DNA of 64,000 bases from Mobula hypostoma (Eukaryota): the NCBI RefSeq assembly GCF_963921235.1, contig NC_086108.1:18104001-18168000 (forward strand), read 5' to 3'. The translations under genes were made by a program, and so were the position numbers. The notes under the pieces are model-generated. The model had not been told where the DNA came from. It did not search any database and worked only from the letters and a program-made list of their open reading frames with translations. Of this stretch, positions 14,335 to 26,756 are shown in pieces. Position 1 is the stretch's first letter. Each line of letters opens with the position of its first letter.

Positions 14335-14470
14335 AAACACGAGGAATTCTGCAGATGCTGGAAATTCAAGCAACACACATCAAAGTTGCTGGTGAACGCA
14401 GCAGGCCAGGCAGCATCTCTAGGAAGAGGTACAGTCGACGTTTCAGGCTGAGAATCTTCGTCAGGACTAG
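14335..14470 (-). mobile_element. Penelope terminal-repeat (pLTR) fragment with hammerhead motif
   Basis: Same sequence family as the ends of the 38725-41394 element; minus strand reads agtc-CTGACGA...GAAAC-GTC-gact at 14433-14468. Confidence 0.8.
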
Positions 14471-14539
14471 ATGAAAGAGTCACCATCCTCTTCATAAGCT
14501 TACACATATTGGAAGTCAAAGAAACTGGCCTGTATCTGA

Positions 14540-17500
14540 TCCTCCGGCAGGCAGGTTTGCCACTGCTACACAGGTGTGTTTAAACTAAGTAGTGGGGGGG
14601 GAGGGGATGAACTGGAAATATAAGAATGGAGTTAAAGGGAATGAGAGAATAAGAAAAGTTAAGAAAGACAGCAGAATTAACGGGGCAGAAAGATCAGGAA
14701 GGGATCGGAGAGTATGGGCAAGTGCAATAGGAATCGATGTGAAAGGTGAGAGGAGTAAAAGTATTATATGTGAATGTACGGAGCATAAGAAATAAAGTGG
14801 ATGAGCTTGAGGCTCAGTTGGAAATTGGCAAGTATGATGTTGTGGGAATAACAGAGACATGGCTGCAAGAGGACCAGGGCTGGGAAATGAATATTCAGGA
14901 CTATACATCCTAATGAAAGGACAGACAGGTTGGCAGAGGGGGTGGGGTGGCTCTGTTGGTGAGGAATGAAATTCAGTCACTTGCGAGGGGGGACATAAAA
15001 TCAGGAGATGTAGAGTCAGTATGGATGGAACTGAGAAACTGTAAGGGCAAAAAGACCCTGATGGGAGTTATCTACAGGCCCCCAAACAGTAGCCTGGATA
15101 TAGGGTGCAAGTTAAGTCAAGAGTTAAAATTGGCATGTCGCAAAGGTAATTCTATAGTTGTTATGGGGGATTTTAACATGCAGGTAGACTGGGAAAATCA
15201 GGTTGGTACTGGACCCCAAGAAAGGGAGTTTGTGGAATGCCTCAGAGATGGATTCTTAGAGCAGCTTGTATTAAAGCCAACCAGGGAGAAGGCAATTCTG
15301 GATTTAGTGTTGTGTAATAAGCCAGATTTGATAAGGGAACTCAAGGTAAAGGAGCCATTAGGAGGTAGTGACCATAATATGGTAAGTTTTAATCTACAAT
15401 TTGAGAGGGAGAAGGGAAGATCGGAAGTGTCAGTATAACAGTTGAACAAAGGGGACTATGGACACATGAGGGAGGAACTGGCAAAAGTTGACTGGAAAGA
15501 TACCTTAGCAGGGATGACAGTGGAACAACAATGGCAGGTATTTCTGGGAATAGTACAGAAGGTGCAGGATCAGTTCATTCCAAAGAGGAAGAAAGGTTCT
15601 AAGGGGAGTAAGGGGTGACCGTGGATGACAAGGGAAGTCAAGGACAGTATAAAAATAAAAGAGAGGAGGTATAACATAGCAAGGATGAGTGGGAAGCCAG
15701 AGGACTGGGAGACTTTTAAGGAGCAACAGAAGATAACTAAAAAGGCAATAGGGAGGGAAAAGATGAGGTACAAAGGTAAGCTAGCCAAAAATATAAAGGA
15801 GGATAGTAAAAGCTTCTTTATGTATGTGAAGAGGAAAAAATTAGTTAAGACCGAAGTTGGGCTCTTGAAGACAGAAATGGGTGAAATTATTATGGGGAAC
15901 AAGGAAATGGCAGACGAGCTGAACAGGTACTTTGGATCTGTCTTCACTAGGGAAGACACAAACAATCTCCCAGATGTAATAGTGGCCAAAGGACCTAGGG
16001 TAACAGAGGAACTGAAGGAAATTCGCATCAGGCGCAAAATGGTGTTGGATAAACTGATAGGACTGAAGGTTGATAAATCCCCAGGGCCTGATGGTCTGCA
16101 TCCCAGGATATTTGAGGTGGCTCTAGAAATCGTAGACACATTGGTAATCATTTTCTGATGTTCTATAGATTCTGGATCAGTTCATGCGGATTGGAGGGTA
16201 GCTAATGTTTTCCCACTTTTTAAGAAAGGAGGGAGAGAGAAAACAGGCAATTATAGAGCAGTTAGTCTGACATCAGTGGTAGGGAAGATGCTGGAATCAA
16301 TTATAAAAGATGTAGTAGTAGCATATTTGGATAGCAGTGGCAGGATAGGCCCGAGTCAGCATGGATTTGGATTTACAAAGGGGAAATCATGCTTGACTAA
16401 TCTTCTGGAATTTTTTGAGAATGTAACTATGAAAATGGACATGGGAAAGCCAGTGGATGTAGTGTACCTGGACTTTTAGAAAGCCTTCAATAAGGTCCCA
16501 CATAGGAGGTTAGTGTGCAAAATTAGAGCAAATGGTATTGGGGGTAAGGTACTGACATGGATAGAAAATTGGTTGGCAGACAGGAAACAAAGAGTAGGGA
16601 TTAATGGGTCCTTTTTGGAATGGCAGGCAGTGACTAGTGGGTACCGCAAGGCTCGGTGCTGGGACCGCAGCTATTTACAATATACATTAATGATTTAGAT
16701 GAAGGGATTAAAAGTAACATTAGCAAATTTGCAGATGACACAAAACTGGGTGTCAGTGTGAAATGTGAGGAGGATGTTATGAGAATGCAGGGTGACTTGG
16801 ACAGGTTGGTTGAGTGGGCAGATGCAGTTTAATGTGGATAAATATGAGGTTATCCACTTTGGTGGCAAGAACAGGAAGGCAGATTACTATCTGAATGGTG
16901 TCAAGTTAGGAAAAGGAGAAGTACGAGATCTAGGTGTCCTTGTTCATCAGTCACTGAAAGTAAGCATGCAGGTACAGCAGGCAGTGAAGAAAGTTAATGG
17001 CATGCTGGCCTTCATAACAAGGGGAATTGAATATAGGAGCAATGAGGTCCTTCTGCAGTTGTACAGGGCCCTGGTGAAACCACACCTGGAATATTGTGTA
17101 CAGTTTTGGTCTCCAAATCTGAGGAAGGGCATTCTAGTTATTGAGGGAGTGCAGCCTAGGTTCACGAGGTTAATTCCCGGGGTGGCGGGACTATCATATG
17201 TTGAAAGATTGGAGCGACTGGGGTTGTATACGCTGGGCTTTAGAAGGATGAGAGGGGATCAATTTGAAACATATAAGATTATTAAGGGATTGGACACACT
17301 AGAGGCAGGAAACATGTTCCCGATGTTGGGAGAGTCCAGAACCAGAGGCCACAGTTTAAGAATAAGGGGTAGACAATTTAGAACGGAGTTAAGGAAAAAC
17401 TTTTTCATACAGAGGGTTGTGGTTCTGTGGAATGCTCTGCATCAGAAGGCAGTGGAGGCCAATTCTCTGGATTCTTTCAAAAAAGAGTTAGATAGAGCTC

Positions 17501-17636
17501 TTAAAGATAGCGGAGTGAAGGGATATGGGGAGAAGGCAGAAAAAGGGTACTGATTGTGGATGATCAGCCATGATCACAATGAATGGTGGTGCTGGCTCGA
17601 AGGGCTGAATGGCCTACTCCTGCACCTATTGTCTAT
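14540..17636 (+). mobile_element. CR1 LINE, end of ORF1 plus near-complete but disrupted ORF2 (APE and RT)
   Basis: GVIYRPPN, MGDFN, LGGSDHN endonuclease motifs; KSPGPDG; LVKPHLEYCVQFWSP; several stops and frameshifts; 3' UTR ends at ~17636. Confidence 0.95.
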
Positions 17637-17897
17637 TAACTCCAGGATTATTATCAGTAAATGCCCTCCTATTTTGCTTAGACTCTTCATTCAGTTTTTC
17701 AAAACTGAGCACGTTCACAAAAGCTCCAGCCAAAAATTCTGCCTTTTCCAAATCTGTAACAATCCTTTTTCCTAGAACACAGGACTGGAAGGGTTCTGCT
17801 CCATCTCACAACTCCCATTTTCTGAATCATACTTCATCTATTGGGATCTCCCTAGCAATACTGCTACCGTATTTCCTCCAGTATGATTTTTGCACAC

Positions 17898-18759
17898 TGT
17901 TACGTACCCCGTAACTGGGTTGCCAAACCGGCAGAAATGGATCACTCAGTTGGAGTCTGGAGTACTAGAACTAAGAAAGTTTTATTAAAGAAACAAGCAA
18001 CACAGTAATCGAAAGGATAATAAATGCAACAGTTCAGCGATGATAAACACACATGTGCACAGAATTAAGATAACAGCATCAATCAAGCTCTATCGTTGTC
18101 TAGGGGTAAATGACCAAATTTCAAAGTGACTCAAAGTTCAGTCCAGTTTAGTAGTTCAGTTCGCAGTAATCGTTGCCATGGTGATGGACAACGTGGGGGA
18201 AGAGAGAGATAGAACAGGAACAACTGATCATTCAGACACGGCTTCACTCACAGACCGGCGAGATGGCTCACAAGCAACTTTTGGGTGGGTCCTTGGTGAT
18301 GTCACCTGAGGTCACCGACTGTGACCCCTCCTCCAGATGCAGTTGATCCTCTGCAGTGAACCCGGCACCCAGGCAAGGGCGGACACACACCGGGTTCCCG
18401 CTGATCGTACCTTTCCACCCCGGCCGTTGTCTGGTACTTCTCACCGACTCGTGAGAAGCGTACCGCTTCCAGGGTCTCGTTACCTCGGGTGGCGTGTGTG
18501 TCCTGCCTTAGCGAACCTGTCCCTTTTTATCCCCCTGCTGGGGCATCGCCTGTCCACCACTTCAAACAGTTCAGGGTTCAAAGGGGGAGCCGCTCCAGAC
18601 AGCTCTCTCTCCCCCGTCCCTTCATTACACATCTCCAGACGCTGCTCCATTGTTCCTTATCTCTCCTTCCCCTGAGGGCAGGTGGCAGACCACTTGCTGA
18701 TGTCACTGATGCTAACCCAGGCCAGCAAACATCTTAATTTTATGTGTATTCTCGTCACA
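17898..18759 (-). repeat. 3' LTR (862 bp)
   Basis: TGTTAC...GTCACA; direct repeat of 21936-22797; minus-strand AATAAA at 17981-17986. Confidence 0.97.
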
Positions 18760-18773
18760 CTTCCCCCCTTTAA
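18760..18773 (-). promoter_or_regulatory. Polypurine tract
   Basis: Minus strand ttAAAGGGGGGAAG directly abutting the 3' LTR. Confidence 0.85.
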
Positions 18774-18879
18774 GGATTTTTACCGGGAGGTAAAAATTAC
18801 AAACATGAATACATTATTTGATACATACACAAATATACATCTTTATCAGCTATTTGGCTAACACAGCGAGTTTGAAGCG

Positions 18880-20034
18880 GTCAACACCTTGACAGACAGT
18901 CATCACATTTTCTGTTCCTTTTACACGTGTTATTAATAATCTCTTAGACCAGGCTCCAACTCAGCAAACTTCATAGTGGCCAAAACCACTGATGAATTGC
19001 GACCAATGTAACCTCTCATTTGATTTTGTCCCGGACCACAATAACAAGGGTCATCCCATTCCGACTCAGTTTTCTCTCGCAAGGGCTTAGTAGGAGGGGG
19101 ATGGGTATTGACCGCAGAGTTATTGCAAAACTTCCTGCAGTACCCCACCATCTCCAAGAGCCTTCTGAGGGCCCTCTTGTCCGTCGGGGTTAGGAGGTCA
19201 GCGATAGCCTGCACTGTAGCTTGCATCGCTGCCAGCTGCCCCTGTGTCACCACAATTCCCAGGTAAGTGACCCTCGTGTGGCCGAATTCATTTTTTTCAA
19301 GGTTCACTATCAAGCTGGCTTCAGACAGCCGTATTAAATTACCAATACACACCTCTGTGTTCATCAGCCCTTTAGTCACTGAATTACTCATTATATATGA
19401 GTGTTCTTTACTAGGCTGCCCTATTGTAACAGACATCACCCAACGTCCCAGTTCTTTGCATTTCCTCGGGACAATCAAACACACGGGTGCGAGTCGTTTA
19501 ATTACTTCTTCTAAAGATTCGCTTTGTTCGGGGATTAAGGGAGAGACCTTATCAGTAGACCCGGCCAAAACAATAGCCTTCTCCCATTTGATCGATCCCA
19601 TACTAATCTTTTCAAAACGGTTTTTTCCTCTTATCAGGGGGCCCCTAGCTTCATTGATTTCCACGCTAACACCGACTGGGTTTGTTAGCATATCAAAAGC
19701 CGGTGACTGTCTCAGTTCGCGTCGGTCATGATCAATAACATTTTTCCCCCTGGGCAGCCGGTAAATCTCTTTCATGATTCCACCAACTGTTTCCTCCAGC
19801 ACTGCAAAATGTCCACCGGGGGGGTACCTCGTGGGCCATGTTAAAAACCTCATCCCCATAACTCTTTTGCACCACCCCCCACTCCTCATCTGCGGATACT
19901 GTACTTGATTTCCCTTCCTTCCTTAGCACTTCCTCCTCCGCACAATAGTCTACTAGTTCCCTTGTCAAGGCTGTGTCAGAGAGAGCGGTCTCTGCCACAA
20001 CCATCAGCCCCTCGTCTCGCTCCTGCGTCTGCAC
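18880..20034 (-). pseudogene. pol: Internally deleted pol: integrase zinc-finger start, then RT thumb, then RNase H C-terminus
   Basis: EVFNMAHEVPP/GGHFAVLEET (HHCC region, ~19740-19850); LIVNLEKNEFGHTRVTYLG...RALRRLLEMVGYCRKF (RT thumb); ITRVKGTENV/DCLSRC* (RH end); no YxDD or DDE core. Confidence 0.75.
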
Positions 20035-20107
20035 AAATTCTTTCCTGGCTACTGCTACGTCCGTCCCAGCTCCCTCACTGCCTCTTGTTTCATTTCGTTC
20101 CGTCTTT

Positions 20108-21898
20108 TCACTTTTTATTTTCCCCCCCGTACAGGGTGGGCAGAAACGTTTCAGCTAAATTCACTATCGCGGGCCCGTGATGAACCTGTGAGTCCATGGG
20201 TGGGGCCTCAATGCTGGCAGGCTGACCTGCCAATCTCACGACTGGGAACACGATTCCTCCGGCGATGTCATTACCGAGCAAGACTTCCACGTCTTTCATC
20301 GGTAATTCGGACCTCACCCCGATCGTGACTAGTCCAGAGACCAGGTTGCTCTGTAAGTGTATCTGGTGCAAAGGGACTGACTCTGTCCCTTCCCCAACAC
20401 CTTTGACCTCTACCTCCCCAGTCTGGGTCTCTGAGCTAAACTCTAATACACTCTTCAGTATTAGTGACTGACACGCTCCCGTGTCTCTCCAGATTTGCAC
20501 TGGAACTGGTTTTAACCTCTCCTTCACTGACACCAGTCCGGCCGAGATAAACCTCTCGCGCCCTTCCTGGACTTTTTCAGACCTGTCCTTCCCTAGCGGT
20601 TCGCTTAACAGCTCAATACAGCCATTCAAAATTTCCGCTTTTCCTTTCCCTGTCTCCTTCCTTGGGGCAAAGCACCTGGACGCAAAGTGTCCGACTTTCC
20701 CACAATTATAACAGACGACCCCAGGAGACTTTCTACCAGACTGCTCCTGGTCTACCTTATCCTTTTCACTAGTCCCCGGCTTACTTTCTGACTTTTCCGG
20801 CGGACTCTCCCCGCCGTCCTGACTACCCTTCTGGTAGCCTTTACTTGGGGCAAACTTCATTTTATGCGTCAACGCATACTCATCTGCTAACTTAGCAGTT
20901 GCGGCTAACATGGCTGCCTCTTTCTCATCGAGGTAGGGTCTCATACCCTCGGGGACACAACCTTTAAACTGCTCAATCAGGATCAGTTGTAGCAGTCTGT
21001 CATAATCCCCCTCTACCCCCTTCGAGGCGCACCAACTCTCACAATATGTCTGCATCTCACGGGCAAACTCCAAATACGTGTGGTCCCACTGTTTCCTCGC
21101 ATTCCGGAACCTCTGCCGGTATGCCTCCGGGACCAACTCATAAATCCTGAGGATGGCCTCTTTCACCACCTCATACCTCTGGGCATCTTCCGCGGACAAA
21201 GCGGAGTAAGCTTCTTGGGTCTTCCCTTTCAGTACACTCTGAAGTAAGACAACCCACTTATCCCTCGGCCAGTCCTGACCTATAGCCACTTTTTTGAAGT
21301 GGAGGAAGTACCGTTCCACGTCGTTATCGTCAAACGGGGGAACAAGCCTAACCTCCTGGGTCGCCCGGAACCCTCCACCTTGGTTCGGCACAAGCCCCTG
21401 CTCGGCCCTTATCTTTCACTTCTCCAGCTCAAATTCCATTTCCCTCTGTTTCTCCTCTCTCTCCAACTGTCTGTCCCTCTCTTTCTCCTCTCTCTCTAAC
21501 TGTCTTTCACTCTCTTTCTCTTTCTCCCGCCTTTCTAACTGCTTCTCTTCGTGTTCTAACTGCCGTACCCGGAACTCATGCTCGAGTCTCAGTTTTTCAA
21601 GCTGTACCTGTACTGCGTCTCCAGCAGGTTTTTCAATAGACACCACCCCCAGCTCACCTTGGGGAAACACACCTTTAGATACATAGTGCTCTACAATAGC
21701 TCTGTGTATCTCCTCTCTCCTCAATGTCGACTTCACCTTAGCAAGATTCAACCGTTTGGCCACAGCTATCAATTCCGATTTCCTGGCATCCTCTAATGCC
21801 TCCAAGGTCGGCGCCTTTATAAATTCCTCAGCCTCCATTTCTGCTGTTTGTCTTTTCTTATTCGGGAATTTTAACCCAATCAATTTACTCCGTCCCAA
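20108..21898 (-). CDS. gag: Gag-protease with coiled coil, SCAN-like capsid domain, CCHC zinc knuckle and D(T)G protease motif; one in-frame TGA at 21416-21418
   Basis: PEAYRQRFR..LLQLILIEQF..LADEY; CYNCGKVGHFASRC; RDTGA; ORFs 21416-21898 and 20108-21391 are in the same frame. Confidence 0.85.
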
Positions 21899-21912
21899 AT
21901 TTAGCGTTCAAA

Positions 21913-21931
21913 ATCCCGGACGAGAACCCCA
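21913..21931 (-). promoter_or_regulatory. Primer binding site, tRNA-Pro-like
   Basis: Minus strand TGGGGTTCTCGTCCGGGAT, 4 nt inside the 5' LTR; canonical Pro PBS is TGGGGGCTCGTCCGGGAT. Confidence 0.85.
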
Positions 21932-21935
21932 CTTA

Positions 21936-22797
21936 TGTTACGTACCCCGTAACTGGGTTGCCAAACCAGCAGAAATGGATCACTCAGTTGGAGTCTGGAG
22001 TACTAGAACTAAGAAAGTTTTATTAAAGAAACAAGCAACACAGTAATCGAAAGGATAATAAATGCAACAGTTCAGCGATGATAAACACACATGTGCACAG
22101 AATTAAGATAACAGCATCAATCAAGCTCTATCGTTGTCTAGGGGTAAATGACCAAATTTCAAAGTGACTCAAAGTTCAGTCCAGTTTAGTAGTTCAGTTC
22201 GCAGTAATCGTTGCCATGGTGATGGACAACGTGGGGGAAGAGAGAGATAGAACAGGAACAACTGATCATTCAGACACGGCTTCACTCACAGACCGGCGAG
22301 ATGGCTCACAAGCAACTTTTGGGTGGGTCCTTGGTGATGTCACCTGAGGTCACCGACTGTGACCCCTCCTCCAGATGCAGTTGATCCTCTGCAGTGAACC
22401 CGGCACCCAGGCAAGGGCGGACACACACCGGGTTCCCGCTGATCGTACCTTTCCACCCCGGCCGTTGTCTGGTACTTCTCACCGACTCGTGAGAAGCGTA
22501 CCGCTTCCAGGGTCTCGTTACCTCGGGTGGCGTGTGTGTCCTGCCTTAGCGAACCTGTCCCTTTTTATCCCCCTGCTGGGGCATCGCCTGTCCACCACTT
22601 CAAACAGTTCAGGGTTCAAAGGGGGAGCCGCTCCAGACAGCTCTCTCTCCCCCGTCCCTTCATTACACATCTCCAGACACTGCTCCATTGTTCCTTATCT
22701 CTCCTTCCCCTGAGGGCAGGTGGCAGACCACTTGCTGATGTCACTGATGCTAACCCAGGCCAGCAAACATCTTAATTTTATGTGTATTCTCGTCACA
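21936..22797 (-). repeat. 5' LTR (862 bp)
   Basis: Direct repeat of 17898-18759; only two substitutions seen by eye. Confidence 0.97.
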
Positions 22798-23502
22798 ACA
22801 CGTGCCCTTTTATACAGAATCAAATAGTCCATCATATATGTAAGGTTGCTTAGAGGTCAAGGAGGAGGAAGTGCTGGAGTAATGAGTATTAAGGTGGCTA
22901 AGTACCCAGGGCCTGATGAGATTTACCCCAGGTTATTAAGGGAGCTAAGAGATGAGTTTTCTGGGGCCGACCAGTAACTTTGTGTCCTCTGTAGGCACAG
23001 AAGAGTTCTCAGAGGCTGGTGAGTGGCTAATGTTGTACCTCTATTTCAGAAGGGAACAAGAAAAATTCCTGGAAACTATAGACCAGTGAGTCTCACGTCA
23101 GTTGTAGGGAGTTTGCTGGAGAAATTTCTTGGGGATAGGATATAAGAGCATATGGAAACCCATGGTCTAATTCGAGAGGCCAGCATGGCTTTGCACAGGA
23201 CAAGTCATGTCTTACCAATTTGATTGAGTTTTTTGACCAGGTGACACAAGATTGATGAAGGTTGAGCAATGGATGTTGACTACGTGGATATTAGTAAGTC
23301 ATTTGGCAAAGTCTCATGGGAGGCCAACCCAGAAGGTTAGAATGCATGGAGTCTGCACCACAGTGGCTGTTTGGATTGAGTTTTGGCACGCACAGAAGAC
23401 AGAGAGTAGTGGTTAAAAGGAAGTATTTGAGCTTGGTTTGTAAATAGGGGTGTTCCACAGGGATCTGTGCTGGGACCTCTGCTGTTTGTGATGTATATAA
23501 AT

Positions 23503-24292
23503 CGGCGGTCCCCAACCACCGGGCCACGGACTGGTACCGGGCCGCAAAGCATGTGCTACCGGGCCGTGAGGAACCGATATGAGTCAGTTGCACCTTTCCT
23601 CATTCCCTGTCACGCACTGTTGAACTTGAACATAGGGTTGCCAACTGTCCTGTATTAGCTGGGACATCGGGCTAAATTGGTTTGTCCCGTATTTCCCCCG
23701 CTAACGGCAGAGCGTTCCTGTGAAACCTTTTGTGCTGAAATGGCGTGAAGCAAAGAAGCAATTACCATTAATTTATATGGGAAAAATTTTTGACCGTTCC
23801 TAGACCCAAAAAACAACCTAACAAATCATACCAAATAACACATAAAACCGAAAATAAATAACACTAACATATAGTAAAAGCAGGAATGATATGATAAATA
23901 CACAGCCTATATAAAGTAGAAACAATGTATGTACAGTATAGTCGGGAAGATGAAGGCAAAACCGATTTGTGGGGGGGGAAAAATCGGCACGTACGCACAT
24001 GCGTACATCCTATGCGCATGCCATGCATGTGCGCACAGATGCCCGTGCAAGGCTTCATAGTTATGGTAGTCTTTCCAGGAATAAAGTGTCCTGGGATTTG
24101 ACTGCTACTTTTGTCCCTTATTTGGGAGTGAGAAGGCTGGCAAACCTAACTGTAAAAGACATGTTGAGGTGAGTTTAACCCTACTTGAACACCACGCCCC
24201 CCTCCCGCGCCCCCCCCCCGGGTCGGCCGGTCCGCAAGAATATTGTCAATATTAAACCGGTCCGCGGTGCAAAAAAGGTTGGGGAATCCCTG
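23503..24292. mobile_element. Non-autonomous hAT-type element with 8-bp TSD
   Basis: Ends CGGCGGTCCCCAACC...GGTTGGGGAATCCCTG; TSD atataaat (23495-23502) and atacaaat (24293-24300). Confidence 0.85.
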
Positions 24293-24441
24293 ATACAAAT
24301 GACCTGGATGAAAATGTAGGTAAGTGGGTTAGCAGATTTCTTGATGATGCCAAGATTGGTGGAGTTGTGGATAGTGTAGAAGACTGGAGACTAATAAACT
24401 GTGATATAGATCATTTGCAGATATGGGCCAATAAATGGCAG

Positions 24442-24670
24442 GAATGTTGGGGGAGGGGGAAATTCGACTCACACCATGAGGCCTGCGTTGGGCATTTTCA
24501 TGCCAAATTGGGAGTCTGTGTGGGGCACCACTCCTCGCACAGACACTAGAGCAATGTGTGATTAAGTGCCTTGCTCAAGGACACAAACACGCTGCCACAG
24601 CTGAGGCTCGAACTAGCGACCTTGAAATCACAAGACGAACACCTTAACCAGTTGGCCATGCGCCCAACAC
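24442..24670 (-). mobile_element. tRNA-derived SINE
   Basis: Minus-strand head gtgttgggcgcatggccaactggttaagg...ctagttcgagcc (A and B boxes); flanking aaatggcag repeat at 24433 and 24674. Confidence 0.75.
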
Positions 24671-25429
24671 AGGAAATGGCAGATGGAGTTTAATCTAGAT
24701 AAATCTGAGGTGCCCTGATGAAGGGTCTAAACCCAAAATGTATACTATTTATTCTTTTTCCATAGATGCTGCCTGGCTTGCTGAGTTCCTCCAGGATTTT
24801 GTGTGTGTGTCTGTGCTACTTGGGTTTCCCACAACTGCAGAGTTTGTCGTAAATGTAAAGTGTTGCACCTTGTTAGAGCAAGTACACTATTACAGGCAAG
24901 ACCCTTAACACTGTTGTTGAGCAGAGAGATCTTGAGGTCCAAGTTCATAGTTTCATAACAGAAGTGACGCAGGTTAATAGGGTGTTTAAGAATACTAATA
25001 GAATGCTTGTTTTTATTAGTCAGGGCATTGAGTTCAGAAATCAGGAGGTTATGTTGCAACTTTATAACACTCTGGTTAGGCCACTTCTGGAGTATTGCAT
25101 ACAGTCCTGGCTGTTCCACATTAGGAAGTATGTTGAGACTTTGGAGAGGGTGCAGAAGAGATTTACCAGGATGCTGCCAGATTTAAAGGGCATGTGCTGT
25201 CATGAGAGATTAGATAAACTTGGGTTGTTTTCTCTGGAGTGGCAGAGGCTGAGGGGAGATCTGATGGAGGTTTATAAGATTGAAAGGCACAGATAGAGTA
25301 GACGGGGAGTATCTCTTTCCCAGGATAGAAATGTCTAGTACCAGAGGGCATACATTGAAGGTGAAAAGGAGTACATTTAAAGGGGATATGAGGGGTAAGT
25401 TTTTTTTACCTTGGTTTTGGATGCTTGAA

Positions 25430-26320
25430 ATGTGCTGCCCTCAACACAGGAGCCCCTCAGAGCTGTGTCCTAAACCCCCTCCTTTATTCTCTGCACACCC
25501 ATGACTGTGTCGCCACCCACAGTCCCCAACTGCTAATTAAAATTGCTGACAATACTAAACTGATTGGCTTAATCTCAAATAATAATGAGGCAACCTACAG
25601 AGAAGAAGTCATCACCTTGACACAGTGGTGTCAAGAAAATAACCTTTCCTTCAACGTTGCAAAAACATAGGAGCTGGTTGTGGATTACAGGAGGAATGCT
25701 GATGGGCTAACCCCTATTGACATCCATGGATCTGAGGTTGAGAGGGTGAACAGCTTTAAGTTACTAAGCATACACATCACCAAGGATCTCGCGTGATCTG
25801 TACATACCAACTGTGTGGTGAAAAAAGCACAACAGCGCCTCTTTCACCTCAGACGGTTGAAGTTTGGTATGGGCCCCCAAATGCTAAGAACTTTCAACAG
25901 GGGCACAATTGAGAGCATCCTGACTGGTTGCATCACTGCCTAGTATGGGAACTATATGTCCTTCAATCGTAGGACTCTGCAGAGAGTGGTGTGGACAGCC
26001 CAGCACATCTGTAGTTGTGAACTTGCCATGATTCAGGACATTTAAAAAGACAGGTGTGTAAAAGGGGCATGAAGGATCATTGGGGACCCGTCACCCCAAC
26101 TACACACTGTTCCAGCTGCTATCATCCAGAAAATGGTATTGCAGCATAAAAGCTAGGACCAACAGGTTCAGGGACAGCTTTTTCCACCAGGCTACTGATT
26201 AACTCATGCTGATACAATTTTATTTTATATGTTATATTGACTTTTCTGTTGTACATACTTTTTGTTATAAATTACTATAATTTGCACATTGCACATTTAG
26301 ACGGAGGCGTAACGTAAAAG
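25430..26320 (+). mobile_element. 5'-truncated Rex1/Babar-type LINE
   Basis: LNTGAPQSCVLNPLLYSLHTHDC, IADNTKLIGLI, WCQENNLSFNVAKT. Confidence 0.85.
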
Positions 26321-26756
26321 TCAATTCGATTCAATTGGTAGAGGCAAATACATCGGAAGTATTTAAGAGACATTTAGATATGTCACATATATATGAGGAA
26401 GATGGAGGCATATGGATATTGTGTAGGTAGGAGGGATTAGTTTTTTTGGGTGGTTGATTTACTTTTTAGCTGGTTCGGCACAAAATTGTGGGCTGAATGG
26501 CCTCTTCTTTGTTTTTAATAAAACATAGTTTCTTAAAAGGCTTGTTTCTATATTTTACTGCTTGAGCACTACCTACCAATACGCAACATTTCTGCTGCCA
26601 TAACCAGCTACTTTAGTAATTGTCTGCAGCAATTTCCTATAGGATGTTACTAAAAATTATTTATCAACATCCCCCTCTAAAAGACTATACTGTAACTTCT
26701 CACAAAATTTCCCAAATTTATGTGATTCTGCACACCTGAAGTTCCATCTAGGAACA

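Larger units (their letters stand above)
17898..22797 (-). mobile_element. Non-autonomous Gmr1-like Ty3/Gypsy LTR retrotransposon
   Basis: Two 862-bp TG...CA LTRs, ACAC TSD (17894-17897 and 22798-22801), PBS, PPT, SCAN-gag, protease, IN/RT/RH remnants. Confidence 0.95.
22850..26510 (+). mobile_element. Decayed CR1 LINE interrupted by a hAT element, a SINE, a Penelope pLTR and Rex1
   Basis: [18 protein letters not shown] resumes as gacctggatg (DLD) after 24300; LVRPLLEYCIQSW; 3' UTR ~26340-26510. Confidence 0.85.

Noticed and set aside
15570..16151. Long antisense ORFs over CR1, Gypsy and Penelope (e.g. 193 aa here, 27913-28341, 19267-19731)
   Set aside because: Shadows of coding-strand codon structure with no protein motifs.
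18337..22775. Duplicated 112-aa and 82-aa ORFs (18337/22375 and 18489/22527) as a gene duplication
   Set aside because: They are incidental frames inside the two LTRs.
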